A stretch of 62,274 nucleotides of DNA from a virus. The notes under the pieces are model-generated. The model did no database searches, had not been told where the DNA came from, and saw only the letters and a program-made list of their open reading frames with translations. Within the stretch, counting starts at the first letter, position 1; the number at the start of each line of letters is the position of its first letter. Of this stretch, positions 17,092-25,930 are shown piece by piece. The translations under genes were made by a program, and so were the position numbers. The stretch lies in the IMG/VR virus record IMGVR_UViG_3300037419_000445, one strand, 5' to 3'.

Positions 17092-18527
17092 TGACTATCG
17101 AACCGATCATCATTGGCGATTGCACACTGTACCATGGCGACAACCGCGACGTGCTTCGGCAGTTGCCGGACAACAGCATCGATAGTTGTGTCACGGACCC
17201 TCCTTACGCGCTCGTGTCCATTGTAAAGCGGTTTGGAGGGGCTAACTCTGCACCAGCCAAAGGTAACGATGCATATATGCGCGCGTCCCGTGGATTCATG
17301 AATGCCACCTGGGATACGGGCGAGGTTGCGTTCAGCGAAGAGTTTTGGGCCGAAGTGTTGCGCGTGCTGAAACCGGGCGGTCATGTCGCCGCGTTCGGTG
17401 CGTCGCGCGGCTATCATCGCATGGCGTGCGCGATTGAGGATGCGGGTTTTGAAATCCGCGACTCGCTGATGTGGATTTATGGGACGGGGTTTCCCAAGTC
17501 GCATGATGTGAGCAAGGGGATTGATAAAGCCGCAGGCGCGGAACGTGAAGTGATCGGCCAGATAGTGCGCGGCGACGTTGAGGCTGCGAAGCGAAACGGC
17601 GTCACGATGGCCGCAGCCGATGCGAACAAGAACAATAAGGCAATCTTTGGCTATGGTGTCGAACAGATCACCGCTCCCGCCACCGACGCCGCCCGCCAAT
17701 GGGAAGGATGGGGCACAGCCATTAAGCCCGCCTTTGAACCAATCGTTCTCGCGCGCAAGCCGCTGTCCGAAGGCACGGTCGCCGCGAATGTGCTGCGTTG
17801 GGGCACGGGTGCGCTGAATATTGGGGCTACAAGGATTCCGGCCAACGGCGATAAGCTTGGCGGTGGGATGGTCAACAAAGGTCGCCCGAAGGCTGGCGAA
17901 GGCTGGGACCGCCCGTGGATGCACGATCCAGAGGTAACGGAACGAAAGAAGGGTGAAGCCGCCGCAAAGGTTGCAGAAGCGGAAGCGGCCGGCCGCTGGC
18001 CCGCCAACGTGGTGCACGACGGCTCGGATGAAGTGGTGGGGCTGTTTCCACACTCCAAGTCCGGCGCATTGACGGCGGATCAACAAAAGAACGGAGGGTT
18101 TGCCGGGACTGTTCATTGTTATGGGAAAGCCAAGACTGGCGGAACGAACGAGTACCGGGCCAATGAAGGCTCCGCAGCCCGCTTCTTCTACAGCGCCAAG
18201 GCCAGCAAAGCAGATCGCGCTGGTTCAAAACATCCGACCGTCAAGCCCGTCGCACTCATGGAATGGCTCGCCGCTCTCATTACACCGCCCGGCGGGACTG
18301 TGCTCGACCCGTTTGCCGGTAGCGGCACGACCGGCGCTGCGGCTGTGCGGAAGGGGTTTAAGGCCGTCCTTTGCGAGCGCGAAGACGAGTACGTCGAGGA
18401 CATCAAGCGGCGCATGTCCGCAGCATTGCCAGTTGCCGCTGCGGTAGCAGCGCAACCAGCAAACGACAATGAGCCTTCACCACAGTCCTCGCCATCACAA
18501 CTCGACATTTTCGGCGCAGCCGCATGA
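17091..18527 (+). CDS. beta-class DNA methyltransferase (N6A/N4C) with a large insertion
   Basis: Motifs are SCVTDPPY, HPTVKP and DPFAGSGTTG. The C-tail is QPANDNEPSPQSSPSQLDIFGAAA. Confidence 0.85.
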   Translation: MTIEPIIIGDCTLYHGDNRDVLRQLPDNSIDSCVTDPPYALVSIVKRFGGANSAPAKGNDAYMRASRGFMNATWDTGEVAFSEEFWAEVLRVLKPGGHVAAFGASRGYHRMACAIEDAGFEIRDSLMWIYGTGFPKSHDVSKGIDKAAGAEREVIGQIVRGDVEAAKRNGVTMAAADANKNNKAIFGYGVEQITAPATDAARQWEGWGTAIKPAFEPIVLARKPLSEGTVAANVLRWGTGALNIGATRIPANGDKLGGGMVNKGRPKAGEGWDRPWMHDPEVTERKKGEAAAKVAEAEAAGRWPANVVHDGSDEVVGLFPHSKSGALTADQQKNGGFAGTVHCYGKAKTGGTNEYRANEGSAARFFYSAKASKADRAGSKHPTVKPVALMEWLAALITPPGGTVLDPFAGSGTTGAAAVRKGFKAVLCEREDEYVEDIKRRMSAALPVAAAVAAQPANDNEPSPQSSPSQLDIFGAAA

Positions 18528-18868
18528 CCGACCTCATCGGCACATGCGCAATCTGCAAACGCAGGCACGCGAACATCGGCTGGGCTGCGTCGGAGCGCCA
18601 CCCAGTTAAATGGGAGTGCAAGGAATGCCTGCAATTACCAATCGAACAAGTTAAGAGGTTTCACCACATGGCGCGCAAAGCATTAGACCGGTTCGAGGAA
18701 CAGGCGCTGGAGGAGGGCGGAAATGCTGGTGGCTCGTTCCTGGACGAGATCGGGAAGACGGACCTCGCAGCGCTAGACGACTACGAATGGCGCGAGTTTC
18801 TGCGGCGCGTTCTGGTTGGTTACGCGGATGGGATGCGGGAGATTGTTGGCCGTGAGGTGCCGTTTTGA
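18524..18868 (+). CDS. hypothetical protein with an N-terminal CxxC...CxxC
   Basis: CAICKRRH...WECKEC in a 114-aa ORF. Confidence 0.55.
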   Translation: MTDLIGTCAICKRRHANIGWAASERHPVKWECKECLQLPIEQVKRFHHMARKALDRFEEQALEEGGNAGGSFLDEIGKTDLAALDDYEWREFLRRVLVGYADGMREIVGREVPF

Positions 18869-19659
18869 TGAGCGTTGAATTGCACAACGGTGATTGCTTG
18901 GACATCCTGCCGACGCTTGCGCCCGGCAGTGTGGATTTGATCCTGTGCGATTTGCCGTATGGGACGACGGCCTGCAAATGGGACGAGATCATTCCACTCG
19001 ATAGAATGTGGGAGCAGTATTGGCGTGTTGCCAAGCCAAGTGCTGCTATTGTGTTGACCTCGCAGCAGCCATTCACGGCAAAGCTTACGATGAGCCAAGC
19101 GAATTTCTTTCGTTACAACTGGGTGTGGGACAAGGGGTATTCAACTGGGTTTGCCAACGCAAACAAAATGCCGATGAGGGGTTTCGAGGACGTCTTGGTG
19201 TTTTACCGCAAATTGCCGACGTATAACCCTCAAGGTCTTGTAGATATCCCTCCAAAAATAAAGAAGCGCGCGTCTGGCGGCGGTGGCGAGGTTATGGGTA
19301 AGAACGGAACCGAGGGCAAGGAGTACGTTTCAACAAAAACCAACTACCCAAACGGAATCATCACCACAAAGAAGGAAGGCAAAACCGTACACCCCACCCA
19401 AAAACCAGTTGCGTTGATGGAATACCTAATCCGCACCTATACCAATCCGGGCGATATCGTCCTAGACAATTGCATGGGCTCAGGCACCACTGGCGTTGCG
19501 GCAGTCAACACCGGACGACGGTTTATCGGCATTGAACGTGACGCGGACTATTTCGCGATTGCGCGCAAGCGCATTGGCGAAGCGCAACCCGTACCCGCAC
19601 CAACACCGGCCAACGACAACATGCCGCCATCTGCAGACTTGTTCGGAGAAGCCGCATGA
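18865..19659 (+). CDS. beta-class DNA adenine methyltransferase (CcrM-like architecture)
   Basis: Motifs are ILCDLPYG, HPTQKP and DNCMGSGTTG. The C-tail is PTPANDNMPPSADLFGEAA. Confidence 0.85.
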   Translation: MMSVELHNGDCLDILPTLAPGSVDLILCDLPYGTTACKWDEIIPLDRMWEQYWRVAKPSAAIVLTSQQPFTAKLTMSQANFFRYNWVWDKGYSTGFANANKMPMRGFEDVLVFYRKLPTYNPQGLVDIPPKIKKRASGGGGEVMGKNGTEGKEYVSTKTNYPNGIITTKKEGKTVHPTQKPVALMEYLIRTYTNPGDIVLDNCMGSGTTGVAAVNTGRRFIGIERDADYFAIARKRIGEAQPVPAPTPANDNMPPSADLFGEAA

Positions 19660-21944
19660 CTCCATTTGAACTCGCAAATTTCTACATCTCTCAGGGCCTT
19701 AAGGTTTTTCCGTGCCGTTCACGCGCGGAAGAAACCGTTGACCAATACACCGGCGAAGTAACAACGCTAGGCGAGAAAACTCCCCTGCTTTCGAATGGCT
19801 TCAAGGGTGCCACGCGCTTCCAACATATCGTCAAGCGCTGGTTCACCGATTGGCCTGACGCTGCCGTTGGTTTGCCTACCGGCAAAGACGCGGGATTCTT
19901 TGTGTTGGATATCGACAACAAGCCTGGTGGTGCAAACGGCTTTGAATGGCTGGCGGAGATGGAAGCGGAGCATGGCCCACTGCCCGAGACAGCGCGCGTT
20001 ATGTCGCCAAATGGCGGCATGCACGTCTATTTCAAATACGTAGAAGGCACACGCAACCGCGGCAATCTAGGCGCTGGCGTGGACTTGCGTTCTGAAGGTG
20101 GGTATGTCTGCGCCGCCGGCAGCGTTATGTCGGACGGACGGGCTTATAAGTGGACGGTGGATACAGGCGGCATTCCGCCTATCGCGGATGCCCCCGCATG
20201 GCTACTCGACCTCGTCGTTCGCAAGCAGGCGCCCGCCTCCACCTGCACGCCATCTGGCCAAGTAACCACAGGGAGCGTTACTAACAGCGCCTATGTCAAC
20301 GCTGCGGTTGATCGCGAACTAGCCGACTTGGCTGGCGCACCTATGGGCAGTCGCAATAATAGCCTCAACGACGCCGCGTTCTGCCTTGGCACGTTCGTTG
20401 GCGCCGGCGCGTTGCCAGAGTCAGAAGCCCGCGCCTTGCTGCAGGACGTGGCGCGCGGATGGGGCAGGGATTGGGCTCGCTGTGCCAAGACGATCGAAAA
20501 CGGTCTTGCGGCCGGACAGCGTAGTCCGCGCGAAATCCCATCGGCCGAACACGACAACGATAACACGCGCCTCGTCGACATTACCAAGATGATTGAGAAC
20601 GGGCTGCGGAAGGCGAAGGAACGCCAACCTGTGCCCGCCGATAAACCGGACATGAAACCGGCAAAAGAACCGGCAAAATCCACTGCGTCTGACAGCCAAA
20701 CGTCAGAAAAACCTACACAATCTTCGGACACAGAACCGGCCAACAAACCGGCATTGGATTCCACCCACCCCGCCGCGCAAGACGACAAACCAGCCATCCT
20801 TGCCACCGCGTTCAAGTGGCAAGACCCGCGCAAGCTCCCAAGGCGCGAGTTCGCCTTCGGCACCCACTATATCCGCAAATATGTCTCCGTGACGGTCGCG
20901 CCGGGTGGGTTGGGCAAGACTGCCAATAGCATTGTGGAATCCCTCGCCATGGTGTCTGGCAAACCTCTTGCCGGCACAAAGCCGGCCGAGCGGCTGCGGG
21001 TCTGGTTTTTCAATTCGGAGGATCCCCGAGATGAGCTGGACCGCCGCATCATGGCGGCGTGCATCCGCTATAAGCTCACACAAGACGACGTGCAGGGCTT
21101 GTTCCTCGATACGGGGCGCGAGCAGGAACTTGTCATCGCGGTTGAGGACAAGAAAGCCGGCGTACGCATCGTGCAGCCGATCGTCGAGGCTGTCGTCGAA
21201 CAAATTCAGAAGCACAAGATTGACGTTATGATCGTCGATCCATTCGTGTCGACACATCAGGTCAACGAGAACGACAACGGCGCGATCGACAAGGTTGCCA
21301 AGCTTTGGGCGCAGATCGCGGACCATACCAACTGCGCTATTGATATCGTGCACCACCTGCGCAAGCTGGCTGATAGGGAAGCCACAGTGGAAGACGCACG
21401 CGGCGCGGTCTCGCTGATCGGGGCTGCGCGCTCGGTGCGGATTTTGAACCGAATGTCGGCAAATCAAGCGAAAGAGGCCGGCCTTCCAGAGCAGGATAGG
21501 TACGGCCATTTCTCAATCACCCACGGCAAGGCCAATCTTACAGCAATGTCCAGCAAACTGGACTGGCGTCGTCTGGAGGGCGTCCCTTTGGGCAACGGGC
21601 GCGGGCTTACCAAGCCCCAGGACTTCGCTCCTGTGGTGGTTGAGTGGCAGTGGCCGTCTATGGAAAAACAGCTTGAAGCGGTGCCTGACGACGCCCTGAC
21701 TGCCATTAAAAAGAGGATCGGCGGGGGTGACTATTGGGTAAGCGAGCAGTCAAAAACCAACTGGGCCGGCATCATCGTGGCTGACATCTTGAAGGTGGAT
21801 TTGGACGACAAAACAGAAAAGAACCGCATCGTCCGACTGCTCAAATTCTGGCAGAAAAGCGGCCACCTTACGACTGAATTGCGGCTGGACGAGCGCAGGA
21901 AACAGCGTAGCGCATACGCTCCGGTGTGGGGTGAAGCGGCGTAA
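19656..21944 (+). CDS. bifunctional primase-polymerase / RecA-fold (AAA_25, DnaB-like) helicase
   Basis: The prim-pol N-domain has GLKVFPC...GFKGAT...FFVLDIDNK. The PriCT-like segment is NSLNDAAFCLGTFVG. The C-terminal ATPase has VAPGGLGKT...VMIVDPF. Confidence 0.85.
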   Translation: MTPFELANFYISQGLKVFPCRSRAEETVDQYTGEVTTLGEKTPLLSNGFKGATRFQHIVKRWFTDWPDAAVGLPTGKDAGFFVLDIDNKPGGANGFEWLAEMEAEHGPLPETARVMSPNGGMHVYFKYVEGTRNRGNLGAGVDLRSEGGYVCAAGSVMSDGRAYKWTVDTGGIPPIADAPAWLLDLVVRKQAPASTCTPSGQVTTGSVTNSAYVNAAVDRELADLAGAPMGSRNNSLNDAAFCLGTFVGAGALPESEARALLQDVARGWGRDWARCAKTIENGLAAGQRSPREIPSAEHDNDNTRLVDITKMIENGLRKAKERQPVPADKPDMKPAKEPAKSTASDSQTSEKPTQSSDTEPANKPALDSTHPAAQDDKPAILATAFKWQDPRKLPRREFAFGTHYIRKYVSVTVAPGGLGKTANSIVESLAMVSGKPLAGTKPAERLRVWFFNSEDPRDELDRRIMAACIRYKLTQDDVQGLFLDTGREQELVIAVEDKKAGVRIVQPIVEAVVEQIQKHKIDVMIVDPFVSTHQVNENDNGAIDKVAKLWAQIADHTNCAIDIVHHLRKLADREATVEDARGAVSLIGAARSVRILNRMSANQAKEAGLPEQDRYGHFSITHGKANLTAMSSKLDWRRLEGVPLGNGRGLTKPQDFAPVVVEWQWPSMEKQLEAVPDDALTAIKKRIGGGDYWVSEQSKTNWAGIIVADILKVDLDDKTEKNRIVRLLKFWQKSGHLTTELRLDERRKQRSAYAPVWGEAA

Positions 21945-21975
21945 AAAAAGATGGGGCTTCTGCCCCATTTTTATG
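21944..21975 (+). terminator. Rho-independent terminator (bidirectional look)
   Basis: AAAAAAAG-ATGGGGC-ttct-GCCCCAT-TTTTAT immediately after the primase stop. Confidence 0.65.
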
Positions 21976-21984
21976 AAATAGGGC

Positions 21985-22014
21985 TTGACGCCCTAGGGCA
22001 TAGAGCCCTATATA
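21985..22014 (+). promoter_or_regulatory. Sigma-70-like promoter embedded in TAGGGC/GCCCTA inverted repeats
   Basis: TTGACG(21985-21990)-N18-TATATA(22009-22014). The palindrome GCCCTAGGGC lies at 21990-21999, flanked by ATAGGGC (21978-21984) and GCCCTAT (22005-22011). Confidence 0.45.
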
Positions 22015-22040
22015 AGGGTCATCAACAACGGAGCAAGCAG

Positions 22041-22256
22041 ATGACCCGCACCGAAGCCGCCGCCAAGTACGCCGAAGCTTACAAGGCCTACCGGCTTTCT
22101 AAGGAAATCCAGCCTTACAATCTGGAAGTTGAGGTCGCTTACGCCACCATGGACGTGCTGAACATGGTCAAAACTGCCAACGAAGCTGAAGCCGTTTACG
22201 TGATCTTGGACGAAACGGCCTACCTCCAGGAGGCGCTTAACAAGCGCGCCGCCTGA
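22041..22256 (+). CDS. hypothetical protein
   Basis: MTRTEAAAKYAEAYKAYRL... with a GGAG RBS. Confidence 0.5.
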   Translation: MTRTEAAAKYAEAYKAYRLSKEIQPYNLEVEVAYATMDVLNMVKTANEAEAVYVILDETAYLQEALNKRAA

Positions 22257-22444
22257 TGCGAGTGGGAAGTAGCGAATTCTACGAACTCGTCGCTATGTTC
22301 GAACGCGAGTTCAGAGGCGTGCGGCTGGACAAAGAAGCCAAAGACATGTGGCCCAAGGGATACGTTTACCAGAATGGCGAGACGAACAATCTATTCCTCG
22401 CCTATCGCAAAGGCGTTGCATACGGTAAGGCCTTAGCAGCATGA
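22256..22444 (+). CDS. hypothetical protein
   Basis: 62-aa ORF with a TGATG overlap. Confidence 0.5.
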   Translation: MRVGSSEFYELVAMFEREFRGVRLDKEAKDMWPKGYVYQNGETNNLFLAYRKGVAYGKALAA

Positions 22445-22644
22445 CCCCAACCCAATACGTAGCTACCCTGAAACGCCTTGGCCTTACACAGGTTGGGGCG
22501 GCTCGCCTTTTTGGGGTGGATCCGCGCACTAGCCGGCGGTGGGTGGCGGGTGATTTGGTGATACCTCGGTCTGTAGCACTGGCCTTGCGCCTCATGGTGA
22601 AACACAGCGTTGACCTGGACGAGGCGGAAAAGTTGGCGCGTTAG
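22441..22644 (+). CDS. small HTH DNA-binding protein
   Basis: LKRLGLTQVGAARLFGVDPRTSRRWVAG. Confidence 0.6.
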   Translation: MTPTQYVATLKRLGLTQVGAARLFGVDPRTSRRWVAGDLVIPRSVALALRLMVKHSVDLDEAEKLAR

Positions 22645-22702
22645 CCACATCTAAGCCACAATTCACCAACCCACCACTAGCCTTAAGCACCCATCAAAAA
22701 TC

Positions 22703-22890
22703 TGCTCCACCACCCATTTTAGGTGGGTAGAGCAGGTGGAGCAAAACCTTCTCAGTTGCACCCGACTTGCTTGCTCTACCACCCCCTTCCCCCCTTTAGG
22801 GGAAGGGGTAGTGGAGCAGGAGCAAGGCCCGGAAAAAAGGTAGAGCATTTCTGGGTGGAGCAAAGTGGAGCAGGACGGGTGGGTGGAGCG
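22703..22890. repeat. Iteron array with at least 9 copies of GGT(G/A)GAGCA in both orientations
   Basis: Plus-oriented copies at 22726-22734, 22735-22743, 22810-22818, 22839-22847, 22854-22862, 22864-22872 and 22882-22890. Minus-oriented copies at 22703-22711 and 22772-22780. A perfect 10-bp hairpin CCCCTTCCCC/GGGGAAGGGG lies at 22783-22808. An 11-bp direct repeat TAAGCCACAAT at 22652 and 22933 flanks the array. Confidence 0.8.
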
Positions 22891-23085
22891 GCGCTGTGTA
22901 GGCCGGCAGCACGCCAAACCGCCAGCCAAGATTAAGCCACAATCTTACTTGCTGTGGCACATGTACAGCGCCCATCGCCACCGCCCAAACTATTTCCTGA
23001 CACCTAGCGCACCCGCTGCCTACTTACTGGCAACACCGCACACAAACCGTGCTGGCATTTACGGTCCACCACCAAATTTATACGC

Positions 23086-23574
23086 ATGGCACGCTGGCGA
23101 ACCAAAACAACCACATTGAAGAACGGCACGCGTGTTACCCGTGCAAGCACCGACGTGCCCGAGTGGAAGCTACAAGCCGCCTCGGTTCGCTCGCTGCGGG
23201 CGCTACCAGAGTTCAACAAGCGGTTCACTCTGGCCGGTGACATGGCTGCAGGCCGGCGCGGCTGGCAGACGGCGACGATCGCTAAGGCCACAGGCCTTGT
23301 GAAGGGTGAAGCAGATTTGCGTTTGTACATGGAAGGCGGGCGTCTCGGGCTGATTGAGTACAAGGCTGCAAAAGGCCGTTTGTCGCCCGAGCAAAAGGAC
23401 AGGGCGGCTTTACTGGCCATGCTGGGATTCGGATACCAAGCAGTCATCAAGGCCACCACAGAGGCCGACGCGGCGATGCAGACGGCGGCGGTGGTTAAGG
23501 GGTGGCTTGGTATCGCAGATAATGACAACGACCCTGATGCAGGGTGGAAACATACAAGGAGCTTGTGCTCATGA
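23086..23574 (+). CDS. VRR-NUC domain nuclease
   Basis: LVKGEADLRLYMEGGRLGLIEYKAAKGRLSPEQKDRAALLAMLG. The C-tail carries ADNDNDPD (23515-23532). Confidence 0.7.
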   Translation: MARWRTKTTTLKNGTRVTRASTDVPEWKLQAASVRSLRALPEFNKRFTLAGDMAAGRRGWQTATIAKATGLVKGEADLRLYMEGGRLGLIEYKAAKGRLSPEQKDRAALLAMLGFGYQAVIKATTEADAAMQTAAVVKGWLGIADNDNDPDAGWKHTRSLCS

Positions 23575-23771
23575 AATCCTACCGGACTGTGCTTGGCCAT
23601 ACCGATGATTGGCGCTCAAACGTCCCGTCCTGCACCGTCATCAGCCAAGAGCGTCAAGAACGATTTAGCGGCCTGTATGACGCATACGGCAATCGGCTTT
23701 ATGCGGTGGACGCACCAGAGCCGGTTGGATTTGTTAGGTTTGGGGAAACTGCCATGAAGGACGACAAGTGA
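23571..23771 (+). CDS. hypothetical protein
   Basis: MKSYRTVLGH... with an ATGA overlap and an AAGGAG upstream. Confidence 0.45.
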   Translation: MKSYRTVLGHTDDWRSNVPSCTVISQERQERFSGLYDAYGNRLYAVDAPEPVGFVRFGETAMKDDK

Positions 23772-24430
23772 ACGACAACCGCACACCGGCAATCCACCGC
23801 TCATCTGTGGCTGAGCAGGCCACCCGGCAGCGCCGCGGCAACCCGCGCCCATACCGTAGCAGCCATTGGCCGCAAGCGGAGCGGCTGCAATACGAGGACG
23901 GCGGGGTCCATATGATTGGCGCCATGCTGGACTGGCGAGCATTCAACGCCATGCCAGTGACTTGCGTTGCCAATGACAACTACATCGAACCAGAAGAAGC
24001 AGAGGCGGGCGAAGAGCAGGAACGCAGGTTCGATAACCTCATGACGACGCAATCTGCGCGACTGACTATCAAGCTTCAGGCCGATGGGAAGCTATGGCGG
24101 CCATCCGACGAGCGCTTTGACATCCCCCACCAGAACGATCGTGCAAGAGCAGAACCAGGCCCCGGACAATACAAGGCAAACGGCGTTGAGTTATACCAAA
24201 TCGAGGCAAACGCCGAAGATGAGGCCATTCGCGCCATAGACTGCACCAGCGCGCGCAATCGGCTTGGGCATGTGTGTTGCAGGTTGCTTGATTTGGCCAG
24301 TGCAGACTCCACGACAGAGGAAATCGCTGACGCCGTAAAGCAGCCGATGTCGCATAAGATGGAAACATACATCGATTGGAGCATCGTTAGTTGGATGCGC
24401 GATGGCGCGTATTTGGATTATGCGGCCTAA
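23768..24430 (+). CDS. hypothetical protein with a possible C-terminal HTH
   Basis: The GTG start overlaps the upstream stop as GTGA. The protein begins (M)NDNRTPA and also has VANDNYIEPEE at 23969-23980. Confidence 0.5.
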   Translation: MNDNRTPAIHRSSVAEQATRQRRGNPRPYRSSHWPQAERLQYEDGGVHMIGAMLDWRAFNAMPVTCVANDNYIEPEEAEAGEEQERRFDNLMTTQSARLTIKLQADGKLWRPSDERFDIPHQNDRARAEPGPGQYKANGVELYQIEANAEDEAIRAIDCTSARNRLGHVCCRLLDLASADSTTEEIADAVKQPMSHKMETYIDWSIVSWMRDGAYLDYAA

Positions 24431-24611
24431 TTGCATGTTGTAACCAATTGAAATCATTGCATGTCACAATTTTACAAGTAAGTAGGAGGGTAAAACCTCT
24501 CGACGGGCCTCGTCACGTCGGCATGCAGTCGTCAGGCATTAGCTGTTTATAGACATCAGACATTGGCCGTTCAGCACGCTTCGCCCGTCCTTCAATTCAT
24601 AAGGCTGCCCC

Positions 24612-24773
24612 GTGCCAACAGTTCGCAAGCCGGCTGACATTATCGCTGCCGAGCTGTGGGACCACGATGACCCAGACGAGGCCGCACAAGATATCGTTGA
24701 GGCGCTAGAGGTTAACTGTTGGCGTTTGGTGTATGTGCCGGACGCAGGCATAGAGGACGCAGTTGGCGTGTGA
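24612..24773 (+). CDS. possible small acidic protein (53 aa)
   Basis: Hand-translated VPTVRKPADIIAAELWDHDDPDEAAQDIVEALEVNCWRLVYVPDAGIEDAVGV. It is below the ORF-track cutoff and the RBS is weak. Confidence 0.3.
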   Translation: MPTVRKPADIIAAELWDHDDPDEAAQDIVEALEVNCWRLVYVPDAGIEDAVGV

Positions 24774-24784
24774 CTCTTAATTAG

Positions 24785-25054
24785 ATGGCTCGGCTTTACG
24801 ACTCTGCTCAGTGGGACAAGTTGCGTGAGTGGCAGTTATCAAGGGAGCCTCTTTGCCAGTTCTGTAAGGCGCAAGAGTTCGTGGTGATTGCCGATGTCGT
24901 CGATCACATAAGACCGCATAAGGGTGATAGGGCTTTATTTTTCGACCCAGACAATCTCCAGTCACTTTGTAAAACTTGCCATGATAGCACGAAAAAACGG
25001 ATTGAGTTGGGGCAGCAAGTCATAGAGTTCGGATCTGATGGCTGGCCCTTGTAA
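24785..25054 (+). CDS. HNH endonuclease (terminase-associated type)
   Basis: CQFCKAQ...VDHIRPHKGD..LFFDPDNLQSLCKTCHDSTK. It lies upstream of terS/terL as in HK97-like cos phages. Confidence 0.85.
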   Translation: MARLYDSAQWDKLREWQLSREPLCQFCKAQEFVVIADVVDHIRPHKGDRALFFDPDNLQSLCKTCHDSTKKRIELGQQVIEFGSDGWPL

Positions 25055-25137
25055 GACATGTATCAAGATACGTAAGGCGGCATTTGCCGTAATTCGCACA
25101 GTAGTTCCAAAAGCCAAGCAAGAATCAAAAGAGGCTG

Positions 25138-25833
25138 ATGGTGACCTTTCTGTGCGAGGAGATACCGGCAGCAGCGAACGATAATAAACCTTCGTGCTTA
25201 CGTTGCGGTACGTTGTTCGCGCCATCAATCGGCAAGAAGTACTGCTCTCGCAAGTGTAAGAAGTTGTCGAGCGCATCGCGCAATGGTCGCCATACGACTG
25301 CCCCTGAAAGATTATGTGAAGGGTGTGGGTCTGCCTTTAAGGGTAGGCCTAACGCGCACTACGCGGCCAGGTACTGTTCTAGGAAGTGCGCTGGGAATGG
25401 TGTAGTTCACGGCCAGTCAGATGGTAACGTCATAAAGATTGTCGCTGATCAGCGATATTGCCAACAGTGTGGCGGCGCGTTTAGGCCAGCAAACAATCGC
25501 AATAACGCGAAGTTCTGTGGCTCTATATGTGCCGAGGTAAATGCCAACGCTGTTGCTGGTGGTATCCGCCGAGCCCGCATGTATGGCGCCGCCAATGATA
25601 ACGTAGACCCGATCGCCGTATTTGAGCGTGATGGTTGGAAATGCAAGATGTGTGGGGTCGACACACCACGATACTTGCGTGGGACTGACAACCCTAATGC
25701 ACCTGAGATGGATCACGTTGTAGCGTTGGCATCTGGCGGTTCTCATACATACGAGAATGTCCAATGCTCATGCCTGAAGTGCAATCGCACGAAGGGCACT
25801 AAGTCGTTGGAATTGTTTATGCTTGCTTCATGA
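25138..25833 (+). CDS. HNH endonuclease with three N-terminal Zn-ribbon repeats
   Basis: The repeats are CLRCGTLF..YCSRKC, CEGCGSAF..YCSRKC and CQQCGGAF..FCGSIC. The HNH core is WKCKMCG...EMDHVVALASGGSHTYENVQCSCLKCNRTKG. It has two ANDN copies (25174-25185 and 25591-25602). Confidence 0.75.
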   Translation: MVTFLCEEIPAAANDNKPSCLRCGTLFAPSIGKKYCSRKCKKLSSASRNGRHTTAPERLCEGCGSAFKGRPNAHYAARYCSRKCAGNGVVHGQSDGNVIKIVADQRYCQQCGGAFRPANNRNNAKFCGSICAEVNANAVAGGIRRARMYGAANDNVDPIAVFERDGWKCKMCGVDTPRYLRGTDNPNAPEMDHVVALASGGSHTYENVQCSCLKCNRTKGTKSLELFMLAS

Positions 25834-25930
25834 AGTCAGGGGGCGCCGGCAAAGTCTCAGGCCTTCGCCTCTAGCTACCGTCGGCCCCCAAAAATACACG
25901 CATCTGCAAATCAGAATATGGGTCTAAATT

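Noticed and set aside
17037-18116. 359-aa minus-strand ORF antisense to the large methyltransferase gene. Similar long antisense ORFs lie at 20703-21509, 30646-31953, 33361-34056, 12438-13040 and 23004-23600.
   Set aside because: Each lies wholly inside a plus-strand gene with clear family motifs. Their products are Arg/Ala/Gly-rich and low-complexity, as expected for shadow ORFs in GC-rich coding DNA.
22663-22935. ORFs 22663-22929 (minus strand) and 22723-22935 (plus strand) in the iteron region.
   Set aside because: Both are generated by the GGTGGAGCA repeats and the G/C hairpin (products rich in GGA/STC runs). Neither has an RBS.
24483-24489. Strong AGGAGGG Shine-Dalgarno in the AT-rich gap 24431-24611, suggesting a missed gene.
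   Set aside because: No ATG, GTG or TTG lies within 5-12 nt downstream. The nearest ATG (24523) opens only a 9-codon ORF. The gap is more likely a promoter or regulatory region, given the 9-bp direct repeat ATTGCATGT at 24430 and 24456.
25834-25930. cos or pac site between the second HNH and terS (GGGGGC...GCCCCC inverted repeat).
   Set aside because: The position is plausible, but nothing in the sequence alone identifies a cleavage site. Read-terminus data are needed.
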